DNA of 64,000 nucleotides from an uncultured delta proteobacterium (lineage in GTDB: Bacteria; Desulfobacterota; Binatia; HRBIN30; BPIQ01): positions 58,545 through 122,544 of the forward strand of contig CAVXGR010000009.1 of NCBI GenBank assembly GCA_963761335.1, in the 5' to 3' direction. Below are positions 40,065 to 49,736 of this stretch, in pieces. Below the pieces are notes generated by a model. That model was not told where the DNA came from. It searched no databases and saw only the letters and a program-made list of their open reading frames with translations. A program made the translations under genes and the position numbers. Every line of letters starts with the position of its first letter. Positions within the stretch are counted from its first letter, which is position 1.

Positions 40065-41594
40065 ATGGACAATCGCGACGCCACGGCGACCTGGAGATAC
40101 CACGACGGCACCAAGCACTCGCTCGAGTCCCTCCAGCGCGAGCCGCACTATCTCGAGTGGGACATCATGCCGCGGCCCTTCAAGATCTACACGGGGCTCG
40201 AAAGCCTGCCGCTGCCGCGCGACTTCGAAATCTCGGCGGTCCCCGCGCTGGAAGCGCTCGAGCACCTCGGCGAGGGAGCCGCGAGCACACTCGACCTGCG
40301 CACCCTCGCCCGGCTCCTGCATTTCTCCGCCGGCGTCATGAAGCGAAGACGCTTCCCGGGAGGCGCCGAGACCTTCTTCCGCGCCGCTGCCTGCACCGGC
40401 AACCTGCACCACATTGACCTCTATCTGGTCTGCGCCGACCTGCCCGACCTCGAGGCCGGCGTCTACCACTTCGGGCCGCATGACTTCGGGCTGCGCCGCC
40501 TGCGCCGCGGCGACCATCGCGGCGTGCTGGCGGAAGCCACCGGCGGCGACTCGGCGATCACCGGGGCGCCGGCGATCGCGGTGTGTACCACGACCTTCTG
40601 GCGCAACGCCTGGAAGTATCGATCGCGCGCCTACCGGCACTGCTTCTGGGACAGCGGCACGCTGCTCGCCAACCTGCTCGCCACCGCCGCGGCCGCGGGG
40701 GTTCGAGCCCGCGTCGAGCTCGGCTTCGCGGACGACCCGATCAATCGGCTGCTCGCCCTCGATACCGAGCGCGAGGTCGCTCTGGAGCTGGTGCCGCTCG
40801 GCGACGGCGCCGTGCCGCCGCCGGCGGCCCCGCCTCTGGAGCCGATCGAGACCGAAACCCTGCCGCTCTCGGAGCGCCAGGTCGATTATCCGGCGATCCG
40901 CGCCATGCATGCGGCGTCGTGCCTGGAGACGCGCGAAGAGGTGCGTGCCTGGCGGCGGCCGCCAGTGCCGCAGACTCCCGCCGAGGCTACCGGCGGGATT
41001 CCTCTCGCCACGCCGCCCCTGAGGGACCTGCCGCGGGATCCGCTCGAGCGCGTGATCGAGCGCCGCGGCTCGGCGCGCTCCTTCCGGCCACAGTCGATCG
41101 CCTTCGCCGAGCTCTCCGTCATTCTCGATCGCGCCGGCCGCCATCTGCCCACCGACTTCGCCGGTGCGCTCAACGACGTCTACGTCATCGTCCACGCCGT
41201 CGACGGCCTCGAGGCGGGAACCTACCACTTCGATTCGCGCCGCGGGGCGCTGCAGCTGCTCGAGCCCGGAGACTTCCGCCGCGATTCGCGATTTCTGGAT
41301 CTCGGGCAGGACCTCGCCGCCGAGGCCGCCGTCAACCTCTATTGGCTCGGCGACCTCGACCCAATCCTCGACCGCTACGGCAACCGCGGCTATCGGGCCG
41401 CGCAGCTCGATGCCGCGATCCGCGGCGGCGTCACCTATCTCGCCGCCTACGCCCTCGGCCTCGGCGCCACCGGCCTCACCTTCTTCGACGACCAGGTCAC
41501 CCACTTCTTCTCGCCACACGCCGCCGCCAAGAGCGTCATGTTTCTCATGGCCGTCGGCCACCCCGGGCCCGCGGCCGGCGCGGCCGCTCCGTAG
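40065..41594 (+). CDS. SagB/ThcOx-type nitroreductase-fold dehydrogenase with two FMN domains
   Basis: YHDGTKH, RAAACTGNL, WKYRSRAYR..WDSG; second domain RRGSAR...YGNRGYR...GATGLTFFDD. Confidence 0.85.
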   Translation: MDNRDATATWRYHDGTKHSLESLQREPHYLEWDIMPRPFKIYTGLESLPLPRDFEISAVPALEALEHLGEGAASTLDLRTLARLLHFSAGVMKRRRFPGGAETFFRAAACTGNLHHIDLYLVCADLPDLEAGVYHFGPHDFGLRRLRRGDHRGVLAEATGGDSAITGAPAIAVCTTTFWRNAWKYRSRAYRHCFWDSGTLLANLLATAAAAGVRARVELGFADDPINRLLALDTEREVALELVPLGDGAVPPPAAPPLEPIETETLPLSERQVDYPAIRAMHAASCLETREEVRAWRRPPVPQTPAEATGGIPLATPPLRDLPRDPLERVIERRGSARSFRPQSIAFAELSVILDRAGRHLPTDFAGALNDVYVIVHAVDGLEAGTYHFDSRRGALQLLEPGDFRRDSRFLDLGQDLAAEAAVNLYWLGDLDPILDRYGNRGYRAAQLDAAIRGGVTYLAAYALGLGATGLTFFDDQVTHFFSPHAAAKSVMFLMAVGHPGPAAGAAAP

Positions 41595-41666
41595 GTGGTG
41601 GTCGATTGACGACAGCGTTGAGAGTCTACTGCTGCTGCGCTATAGGCGGGCGGAGGCGTCGACGAG

Positions 41667-42344
41667 ATGGAACGAAAGCCAGATGCGACTGGCGCCCGAC
41701 CCGGAGGTTACGTTCCCGCCCTCGGCCTGCACGGGCTCACGCGATTCTACGATCCGCTCATCCGCTTCACCATGCGGGAGGAGTCCCTCAAGCGTCGACT
41801 CATCGAGCTGGCCGCCATTCGGCCGGGGCATCGGGTTCTCGACGTCGGCTGCGGCACCGGGACGCTGCTGCTCATGATCAAGGCCGCTTGTCCGGGCGCC
41901 GAGGTCGTCGGCATCGACGTCGACGCCGCTGTGCTCGAGATCGCCCGCGCCAAGATCGCCGCTGCCGGCTTCGACATTCGGCTGGAGCAGGCTCCGGCGA
42001 CGGCTCCGGGCCTGCCGCACGACACCTTCGACCGCGTGCTGACGACGCTCGTCCTGCACCATCTCATGCCCGGGGAGAAGCGCCAGGCTCTCACCTCGAT
42101 CCGGCTTCTGCTGCACTCGGGCGGAGAGCTGCACATCGGCGACTGGGGGCGACCGCAGAACCCGCTCATGCGCCTGGCCTCCATGAGCTTCCGCCTGTTC
42201 GACGGCGCCGACCGCACGGCGCTGCACGTTCGCGGCGAGCTTCCCGACCTCGTCAGAGAGGCCGGCTTCGCCGAAGTTCGCGAGAGTGAGCACCACATGA
42301 CGCCGTTCGGCACGCTCACCTTCCTCCGCGCCGTGGCGCCGTGA
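41667..42344 (+). CDS. Class I SAM-dependent methyltransferase
   Basis: VLDVGCGTGT; FDRVL..LVLHHL. Confidence 0.9.
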   Translation: MERKPDATGARPGGYVPALGLHGLTRFYDPLIRFTMREESLKRRLIELAAIRPGHRVLDVGCGTGTLLLMIKAACPGAEVVGIDVDAAVLEIARAKIAAAGFDIRLEQAPATAPGLPHDTFDRVLTTLVLHHLMPGEKRQALTSIRLLLHSGGELHIGDWGRPQNPLMRLASMSFRLFDGADRTALHVRGELPDLVREAGFAEVRESEHHMTPFGTLTFLRAVAP

Positions 42345-42350
42345 TCCGGG

Positions 42351-43034
42351 ATGAGCGCCCTCACTCTTCTGCGCTCCGGCAAGGGGCCGATGGACGGCTG
42401 GATCGCCCGCGCCTACGACCGCGGCGTGCAGGCCGCCTTCGTCGAGGTCTTTCCCTCGATCGTCGCCGACCTGGCGGATGATCTGCGGCAGGCGAGCCGC
42501 ATTCTCGATGCCGGATGCGGGCCGGGCCAGTTCACCATCCTTACGGCCGAGGAGCTGCAGCAGGCGGAGGTCTGGGGAATCGATCTGGCGCCGACCATGA
42601 TCGAGCTGGCGCGGCAGCATGCCGTCCGCTCGCCGGCCGCGCCACGCCTGCACTTCGAGATCGCCGACGTCGCCCACCTGCCACTGGCCGACGACAGCTT
42701 CGACGCCGTGATCAGCAGCGGCTCGATCAAGCACTGGCCCGACCCGCTGGCGGGGCTGCGCGAGCTGCATCGCGTCCTGCGGCCCGGCGGCCGCGCCTTC
42801 ATCGGCGAGATGAACCGGCTGGCGCCACCGGCGGCGATCGCCACCCAGCGGCGGCGCCTGCGGCACTGGCTGTTCCGCCTGATCTATCCCCGCGTCTTCA
42901 CCAAGGCGCTGTCTCCCGAGGAAGCGCGGGCCGTGTTCGCGGCCTCGCCCTTTGGCCCGCCCACGCGCGAACGCATGATCCTCGACGGCTGCTTCTGGAT
43001 GTTCGAGGTGCACAAGCCCGACGCCGGAGCGTGA
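42351..43034 (+). CDS. Class I SAM-dependent methyltransferase
   Basis: ILDAGCGPG; LPLADDSFDAVIS; LRELHRVLRPGG. Confidence 0.9.
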   Translation: MSALTLLRSGKGPMDGWIARAYDRGVQAAFVEVFPSIVADLADDLRQASRILDAGCGPGQFTILTAEELQQAEVWGIDLAPTMIELARQHAVRSPAAPRLHFEIADVAHLPLADDSFDAVISSGSIKHWPDPLAGLRELHRVLRPGGRAFIGEMNRLAPPAAIATQRRRLRHWLFRLIYPRVFTKALSPEEARAVFAASPFGPPTRERMILDGCFWMFEVHKPDAGA

Positions 43035-43421
43035 AGGGCCGGTGCTGATCGTCACCGCGGCGCCGGCGCAGATCTACTTCGTCGCCACCGCTCCTCCGCC
43101 CAGCCGGATTTTCGTTCGCACCTGTCGCTGGCGATGAACACCACCCTCTTTCAATTCGGCCGCGTCCTCCTGCACGCGGGCGCGGTGAAGCTTGCGGATG
43201 CTCCCCGGCCTTACGCGCCTTTGCCGGCTTTGCAGCCGTCGCCTTCTCTTTCGGCATCGCCGCTACATACCCGGCGGAATCGGATCAGTAGAGACACAGC
43301 GCCGCCACAACGGCGGCCGCGGTGCTCGGCTTCGAATCGCGCCAGCTCCCGATTCGGCAATTGACTCCAACTCGGCGATGCGAGTAATCCACCGGCAAGA
43401 CCACCACGACGGCAAGGAGCG

Positions 43422-46133
43422 ATGATGGAAGCGGAAGCGGTGCTCAGCGGGGATCTGCAAATCGTCTCGGATGCGGGGTCCGTGCAGGAAAATGGAAATC
43501 GCGCAGCGTACCCTGCCGGCATCGAGAAAACCGAAGCCTTCCAGTTCCTCACCTCCCTGGCACACCGCAAGACCGGCGCCATCCCCGCCTCGCTGCTGGC
43601 ACGACACGTCCTCGGCGTCACCGCCGACGCCGACTGGCCGGTGCGGCGCGCCGCGATGGATGCGGTTCTGCGCCGCTGCAGCTTCGGAAAGCAGGACCGC
43701 CTCGAGCTGGCGTCGGCGCCACGGGGTGTCTTCGGAGTCTATCGCACGCGGCGCGCCGGCTCATCGCAGCGTCCCTATGCGACCTTGTTGGCGAGCATCG
43801 ATCCGATTCGCGGCAGCTGCGACTGCCCGGACTACCTGCGCAACTCACTCGGGGTGTGCAAGCATCTGCTCACCATCGTCGAGTCTCTGGCCAAGAACAA
43901 GCGCCGCTTCAAGTCGGCCGTGGGCGCAGGAGGCGCCGGTCAAAACGGGTCTGTACGCCTCACCTGGGACCCGGTGCGGCCACTCAGGGCCGAGGGTGAC
44001 TGGATGAGCCGGGTGCAGCTGCTCGGCACCCGCGGTGCCGGCGTCAACGGCGCCGACCCGCTGGGCCGCCTCGCTCGGCGGTGGTTCCGCCGCCAGGCCG
44101 ACGGCGGGCTCGTCTTGGCGCACACGTACGCCGATCAGCCCGAGCGCCGCCTGGCCCTGGCGAAGGACCTGCACCTCGCGGCGGGCGCTGGCGGGCGCGG
44201 CGCGCGGCGCTGGCAGACTTCGGAGCCTGCAGTGCAGGCACTGCTCACCGCCGAGGTCAACCGCCTCCAGCGAGTGGTCGACGTGCGCGCGGCCGTGCCG
44301 GAGACCGAGCGGGCTCTGCGAAAGATGAAGCGCCGTCTCTACCCCTACCAGCTCGAAGGGGTGGCGCGGCTGCTCGCTTCGGGGCGCCTGCTGCTCGCCG
44401 ACGACATGGGGCTCGGGAAGACGGCACAGGCGATCGGCGCCTGCCACGCGCTCTGGGCAGTGGGGCGCGTGAAGCGCGGGCTGCTGATCGTGCCGGCGAG
44501 CTTGAAGCCGCAGTGGCTGCGCGAGTGGCAGTCGTTCACCGATGCGCCCGCCGCCGTGGTCGAGGGCGGCGCCGCGGAGCGCCGTTCCATCTACCGCGAT
44601 ACGCGCAGCGGCTTTCTCGTCGCCAACTACGAGCAGGTGCTGCGCGATCTCGAGGCGATGCACGCCTGGCAGCCCGACATCGTCGTCCTCGACGAGGCAC
44701 AGCGGATCAAGAACTGGGCGACGAAGACCTCGGCGTACGTGAAGCGCCTGCAGCCCGCCTATCGCTTGGTGCTCACCGGGACGCCGATGGAGAACCGGCT
44801 GGAGGAGCTCGCCTCGCTGCTCGACTGGGTCGACGACCAGGCGCTGGAGCCGAAGTGGCGCCTCGTGCCCTGGCACGCGGTGGCCGCCGACGGCTCCAGG
44901 GGTGTGATCGGCGCCCGCAACCTCGACACCCTCCGCCGGCGCCTGGCGCCGTGCATGATCCGCCGCGTACGCCAGGAGGTTCTGCGGCAGCTCCCGCCCC
45001 GGACCGACACCATCGTGCCCGTGCCGATCACCGACGAGCAGGCGCAGAGACACGACGAGCTCGACCAGCCGATCGCACAGCTCCTGCGCATCGCGCAACG
45101 CCGCCCGCTGAAGCAGAAGGAGTTTCTGCGCCTCATGAGTCTGCTCACCGCACAGCGGATCATCGCCAACGGCCTGGCGCAGGCGGACTTCGCCGGGGTG
45201 TGGCCGCAGATCGCCGGCGCCACCCGACCGGAAGGGGCACTGCTCGGCAGCCTCTCGAGCCCGAAGCTGCTCGAGCTGCGCGAGATCGTCTCGCAGGTGG
45301 CGCTGCAGCAGGGGCGCAAGCTGGTGGTCTTCAGCCAGTGGCGCCGCATGCTGACGCTGGCCAGCTGGGCGATCGCCGACCTGCTCGCCGACAACGGCTT
45401 GCGCTCCGCCTTCTTCACCGGCAAGGAGGGACAGAAGCGGCGAACGCACAACATCGTCGATTTCCACGATGATCCGTCCACGCGCGTGCTCTTCCTCAGC
45501 GACGCCGGCGGCGTCGGCCTCAATCTGCAGCACGCCGCCAGCTGTTGCGTGAACATCGAGCTGCCGTGGAACCCCGCCGTCCTCGAGCAGCGCATCGGCA
45601 GGATCTATCGCCTCGGCCAGAAGCGGCCGATCGACGTCTACAACCTGGTGACCGAGGACAGCATCGAGGCGCGCATCGCCGGCCTGGTGGCCGACAAGCG
45701 CGCCCTCTTCCGCGGCCTGTTCGACGGCGACAGCGACGAGGTCAGCTTCGACCGCTCCGGCTCGTTCCTGTCGCGGCTCGAGCAGATCGTCGAGCCGGCA
45801 CCGGAGCCCGACCTGCCGGACGACGCCGACGGTGGCCAGGAGGGGGAGACCCCGCTGGCGCGGGAGCTCGACGAGATCATCAGCGCCTCCGACGAGTCGC
45901 AGGACGCCGAGCTGGCGGCGGCACCGCCGCAGAGGGACGCTCCGGCGGTAGACGTGCCGTCCGCCCCGCTGCCCGCACCGGAGGTTCGCAACCTGTTCGC
46001 GCAGCTCCAGATTCGCCCCCGCGATGGCGGCGGCATGGTCATCGAGGCGCCGCCGCAGGCCGCGTCGACACTCGCGGCCCTATTCGAAGGCATGGCGCAG
46101 ATGCTGCGGACGGCGGCGCCGGAGGGAGAGTGA
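43422..46133 (+). CDS. SWIM zinc finger + SNF2-family helicase/ATPase
   Basis: CDCPD...CKH SWIM; LADDMGLGKT, DEAQRIKN, LTGTPMEN, WNPAVLEQRIGRIYR. Confidence 0.92.
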   Translation: MMEAEAVLSGDLQIVSDAGSVQENGNRAAYPAGIEKTEAFQFLTSLAHRKTGAIPASLLARHVLGVTADADWPVRRAAMDAVLRRCSFGKQDRLELASAPRGVFGVYRTRRAGSSQRPYATLLASIDPIRGSCDCPDYLRNSLGVCKHLLTIVESLAKNKRRFKSAVGAGGAGQNGSVRLTWDPVRPLRAEGDWMSRVQLLGTRGAGVNGADPLGRLARRWFRRQADGGLVLAHTYADQPERRLALAKDLHLAAGAGGRGARRWQTSEPAVQALLTAEVNRLQRVVDVRAAVPETERALRKMKRRLYPYQLEGVARLLASGRLLLADDMGLGKTAQAIGACHALWAVGRVKRGLLIVPASLKPQWLREWQSFTDAPAAVVEGGAAERRSIYRDTRSGFLVANYEQVLRDLEAMHAWQPDIVVLDEAQRIKNWATKTSAYVKRLQPAYRLVLTGTPMENRLEELASLLDWVDDQALEPKWRLVPWHAVAADGSRGVIGARNLDTLRRRLAPCMIRRVRQEVLRQLPPRTDTIVPVPITDEQAQRHDELDQPIAQLLRIAQRRPLKQKEFLRLMSLLTAQRIIANGLAQADFAGVWPQIAGATRPEGALLGSLSSPKLLELREIVSQVALQQGRKLVVFSQWRRMLTLASWAIADLLADNGLRSAFFTGKEGQKRRTHNIVDFHDDPSTRVLFLSDAGGVGLNLQHAASCCVNIELPWNPAVLEQRIGRIYRLGQKRPIDVYNLVTEDSIEARIAGLVADKRALFRGLFDGDSDEVSFDRSGSFLSRLEQIVEPAPEPDLPDDADGGQEGETPLARELDEIISASDESQDAELAAAPPQRDAPAVDVPSAPLPAPEVRNLFAQLQIRPRDGGGMVIEAPPQAASTLAALFEGMAQMLRTAAPEGE

Positions 46134-46259
46134 ATTCACTCGGGTCAGGGCGGGCCCGCGGCTGGAACCCTGGGGAAGCCGGGTTCAACCCGAGGAAACG
46201 CGAGACGCCTCGGGGGTCGCGCCGCAGATCGGCGCGGGGGAGGAAACGGGGGGGCGCCT

Positions 46260-46377
46260 CGGGGGTTGCGCCGCGGAGCGGCGCGGGCATGTAGCCCCGG
46301 GTCGAAGACCCGGGGGACAGCGTCGGCCCTCCCCGACGCGCCCCGCAGGGGCGCCGGCACGGTTTTGAGACAGCCTC
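46260..46377. repeat. GTAG-type REP-like palindromes plus a single GTTTTGAGACAGCCTC end
   Basis: GGCATGTAGCCCCGGG...CCCGGGG; GCGCCCCGCAGGGGCGC; matches the 7735-7750 end. Confidence 0.65.
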
Positions 46378-46417
46378 TGAAGCCCGGGGATCCGTGTTTA
46401 ATTGACGTCCAGCCCTC

Positions 46418-47359
46418 TCAGCCGCCGCTGCTCCGAAAGACAGGTTGTGGCGGCACACGGTACGCGAAGAGCTCCGCGCCGCAGGCCGAGACGATGAAGA
46501 CGGCGCCGACGAGCTCGCACGCCCCGAAGGGCTCTCGAGTCAGCACGGCGGCGGAGACGAGGCCGATCACCACCTCGAGCATGAGGAGCACTGCCACACG
46601 CCCCGGATCGAGCCGACTGCCACCGAACACGGTCAGCCAGAGGAGCAGCGGCATCCACACGAGGCCGAACACCAGCAGCCAGGTGGCACCGCGCAGAAAG
46701 ATCTCCGGCGCCGGCAGCATCCACGGGCGGCCACCCGGAAGCTGAGTGAAGATCACGAACAACGCCCCGAGAAACAAGAATTGCACGAACACCTTGTCGA
46801 ACTCCGAGGCGTGCGGCGCAACCCGACGCAGCGCCACCATGGACCCGGCCCACAACAGGCCCGACATCAGGCCCATCCATTCCGCTGCCGAGCGCGGGGC
46901 GGGCACGCCGGCGCCGATCCCGAAGACGACGAGCATCCCCGCCAACCCGAGAGCAATCGTGGCGAGGCGAGCCCTGGTTATGGGGTCACCGAGAACAAAG
47001 TACGCCAGCAGCGTGCTCCATACCGGCGTCAGATAGAAGAGCAGAATGACGCGGGCGACGTGGCCGCGCAGCAATGCCTCGGCGTAGAGCGCAATGCACG
47101 CCGCCATGAGGAAGCCCGCTCGCACCAGCGGCCAGCCGCCGGCGGCGATCGACCGCCGCCGGGTCACGCCGAACGGCGCCAGAAACAACAGCGGGATCGC
47201 GAAGCCGGCAGCGGTGGCCCAGGGCCCCCCGAGCCCCACCTCATTGAGATGGCGAAGTGGAATCCACAGAGTGCCCCAGAAGAACGCCGACACCAGAATC
47301 GCAGCGCTCGGGGCGAACGCCGCCGAGCGCGCGCCCGCAGGCTCCGCGCTTCCATCCAT
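46418..47359 (-). CDS. DMT (EamA) family transporter
   Basis: FFWG, LLFYLTPVWS..LA..VLG, LEVV; ~10 TM. Confidence 0.88.
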   Translation of the reverse strand: MDGSAEPAGARSAAFAPSAAILVSAFFWGTLWIPLRHLNEVGLGGPWATAAGFAIPLLFLAPFGVTRRRSIAAGGWPLVRAGFLMAACIALYAEALLRGHVARVILLFYLTPVWSTLLAYFVLGDPITRARLATIALGLAGMLVVFGIGAGVPAPRSAAEWMGLMSGLLWAGSMVALRRVAPHASEFDKVFVQFLFLGALFVIFTQLPGGRPWMLPAPEIFLRGATWLLVFGLVWMPLLLWLTVFGGSRLDPGRVAVLLMLEVVIGLVSAAVLTREPFGACELVGAVFIVSACGAELFAYRVPPQPVFRSSGG

Positions 47360-47384
47360 CACCGAGCGGCCGCGCCGCGGCGAG

Positions 47385-48188
47385 CTACTGGCGCCGCGCG
47401 ATGAAGCGTCCCTGGGCAACCTTGCCGGCGTGCGCCAATTCCCGGATGAAGGCGAACTCGCCGGCCACCGCCTGCAGCGCCTCCATGTTGAAGCCGATGA
47501 TTTTCAGCGCATCGAAGGTGAGCTGCATGTCGACCATGTTGAGATAGAGATCGATGTAGGCCGGAAAGCGCGCCGTGTCTTCTGCCGCCACCACCGTGCA
47601 GCCGTTCTCCTCGAGCAGTTGGCGATAGCCGGAAAGGTCCTGCACGTTGGCAAACTTCATTCCCTTCAGGAAGCGCTCCGCCTCCGCGTCCGAGAGACCC
47701 GACGGGCCCTCGATCCAGTCGGTGAAGGCGATCGTGCCGCCCCGTTTCACCAGACGCGCCGCCGCCGCGATGAGCTTCGGCTTGTCGGTCACGTAGCACC
47801 AGGCATCCTCCCCCCACACGAAGTCTGCGCTGCCGTCCGGCAGACCGCTGTTGCAGACGTCGCCGAGCACGAACTCAATGCGGTCATCGACGCCCTCTTC
47901 CTGACAGCGGGCGCGACCGCGATTCACCACCGTCTCGGTTGCATCCACGCCGGTCATCGCGGCGACGTCGCGGAAATGGACGAGGAAGCGCATGCCGGCG
48001 CCGTTGCAGCAGCAGAGGTCGACGCCGCGCATCCCCGCGCCGACACCCGCCCGCTCGGCCAGATCCATCGACGATTTGAAGCCGCCGATGTGGATCTGCT
48101 GGCCCATCAGAAGCTCCCACAGGTCTCCCTCCTGGCCGTTGTACACTGCGGTGACATCGTTCAGCCCGACGTTGTCAATGGATTTCAT
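47385..48188 (-). CDS. SAM-dependent methyltransferase (N-methyltransferase-like)
   Basis: IHIGG, DLCCCNGAG, DFVWGEDAWCY, IAFTDW. Confidence 0.8.
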   Translation of the reverse strand: MKSIDNVGLNDVTAVYNGQEGDLWELLMGQQIHIGGFKSSMDLAERAGVGAGMRGVDLCCCNGAGMRFLVHFRDVAAMTGVDATETVVNRGRARCQEEGVDDRIEFVLGDVCNSGLPDGSADFVWGEDAWCYVTDKPKLIAAAARLVKRGGTIAFTDWIEGPSGLSDAEAERFLKGMKFANVQDLSGYRQLLEENGCTVVAAEDTARFPAYIDLYLNMVDMQLTFDALKIIGFNMEALQAVAGEFAFIRELAHAGKVAQGRFIARRQ

Positions 48189-48378
48189 GCGCGCTTTTCC
48201 TCCAACGCGCACTCCCTACCGAATGGTTGGAAGGCCGGATATGACCGCGATCACGCGATGCGACGACGAACATCAGCGCGAACACATGATCATTCATCCT
48301 TGGACCGCGGCTCGGTGACCCCAACAGCGGTCACTTCCCGCCCCTCGCCAGAGGCGCCCGTGGGCGAAGACGGCGCTC

Positions 48379-49134
48379 TCAGCCGCCCAGCTTGCTGAGC
48401 ATGAAAGAAATGAGAAACCCGGCGACGGTGATCAAGCCGGCGAAGTCGTGGGCGATGGAGAATGCCTCGGGGATCATGGTGTCGACGAGCATCGCCAGGA
48501 TCGCGCCTGCGGCCGTGGCGATGGTCGCCGCGATGAGGCCCGGGGAGGAGCCGTCGAAGGCCCAGTAGCCAAAGAGCGACGCGACCCCGGAGAGAGCCGT
48601 GATACCGCCCCAGACGCCGAAGATGTACGCCGCGGGGCGGCCCGCCTTCTTCATGCCGGCGACGCTCGAGAGTCCTTCGGGAACGTTCGAGAGGAAAATT
48701 GCCGCCACGGCCACCAGGCTCACGGAGCCGCCCTCGAGCAGGCCGAGGCCGATGACCATGGACTCGGGAACCCCGTCGAGCAGGGCACCGACGGCGATCG
48801 CCAGGCCGCTGCCATTCTCCTCCTCCTCGGACGGCTGCTGATCCCCGGAGCGTTTTCGGTGGCGCGCACCGCATCGCGCCAGCAACCAGTTCGCGGCGGT
48901 GTACACCACCGCTCCCCCGAGGAAGCCCGCCGCAGTGCCCGCGAAGCCGCCGCGGCGATAGGCATCGTCCATGAGCTCGAAGGCCAGTGCCGATATGAGG
49001 ACCCCGCTCCCGAAGGCCATGATCGCCGCAATCAGACGCTGCGGCACCTCCATCAGGTAGGCCACCGCCGCGCCGATCAGCAGCGCGCAGCCGGCCAGCA
49101 GCCCCCAAAGTCCCGCTTCGACCCAAACTGGCAT
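48379..49134 (-). CDS. ZIP family metal transporter
   Basis: MAFGSGVL, LDGVPES, SNVPEG, DTMIPEAF. Confidence 0.9.
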   Translation of the reverse strand: MPVWVEAGLWGLLAGCALLIGAAVAYLMEVPQRLIAAIMAFGSGVLISALAFELMDDAYRRGGFAGTAAGFLGGAVVYTAANWLLARCGARHRKRSGDQQPSEEEENGSGLAIAVGALLDGVPESMVIGLGLLEGGSVSLVAVAAIFLSNVPEGLSSVAGMKKAGRPAAYIFGVWGGITALSGVASLFGYWAFDGSSPGLIAATIATAAGAILAMLVDTMIPEAFSIAHDFAGLITVAGFLISFMLSKLGG

Positions 49135-49281
49135 CGGGCAACTTTCTACATCGTCCAGGACTGCCGCGTCGAGACACACAGCGTGCCCATCGATCCTGGA
49201 AGCGCTCGCGTTCGCCGATGCCACATGTTCGCCTGTGCCACATTGACTGCCCCTGCCCGTTTACCTAGAGTCCGCCCCGTC

Positions 49282-49545
49282 ATGCCGAAAGCAGGCGACG
49301 GTACCGAATCGCGCTTCGTCTGGCGGCTGGTCGACGACGAAGCGTTGATCTTCGACCTCCGGTCGGGCGGCTTCTTCTCCCTCGATCGCGTCGGGGCCGA
49401 GGTTTGGACGGGGCTCCAGGGCGGATTGGAGCTGGCGCAGATCGTGCGCGAGATCGCGGGGAAATACGGCGTCGACGAGCAAACGGTGCAGCAAGACGTA
49501 TCCGAGCTGCTCGACGAGCTGAGCCGGGAAGGATTGATGGAGTGA
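49282..49545 (+). CDS. PqqD family / RiPP recognition element (RRE) protein
   Basis: 87 aa: WRLVDDEALIFDLRSGGFFSLDRVGAEVW...IVREIAGKYGVDEQTVQQDVSELLDELSREGL. Confidence 0.9.
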   Translation: MPKAGDGTESRFVWRLVDDEALIFDLRSGGFFSLDRVGAEVWTGLQGGLELAQIVREIAGKYGVDEQTVQQDVSELLDELSREGLME

Positions 49546-49548
49546 GCA

Positions 49549-49713
49549 ATGGCCAAGGCAGACCGCACCTCGACCGAGAAACGCGGAGACAAAGCGGAAA
49601 AGACTCCTCCTGAACCCCGTCACCCTGCGGCGACCCCGGTGTACGAGAAGCCGCGTCTCCGGCGCTACGATCAGATCGACCAGGTCAAACCCTACGGCCC
49701 GACCGAGATCTGA
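49549..49713 (+). CDS. Putative RiPP precursor peptide, 54 aa: MAKADRTSTEKRGDKAEKTPPEPRHPAATPVYEKPRLRRYDQIDQVKPYGPTEI
   Basis: Translated by hand (below the ORF-track cutoff); ATG 3 nt after the PqqD stop, preceded by GGAG; YxxPxL RRE-binding motif. Confidence 0.8.
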   Translation: MAKADRTSTEKRGDKAEKTPPEPRHPAATPVYEKPRLRRYDQIDQVKPYGPTEI

Positions 49714-49736
49714 GAACCGGCTCGCCCCAGTTCTGG

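Noticed and set aside
40065..43034. Azole-RiPP (LAP/TOMM) cluster from the SagB-like gene plus methyltransferases
   Set aside because: No YcaO or Cys/Ser-rich precursor nearby; tandem SagB-type proteins commonly stand alone.
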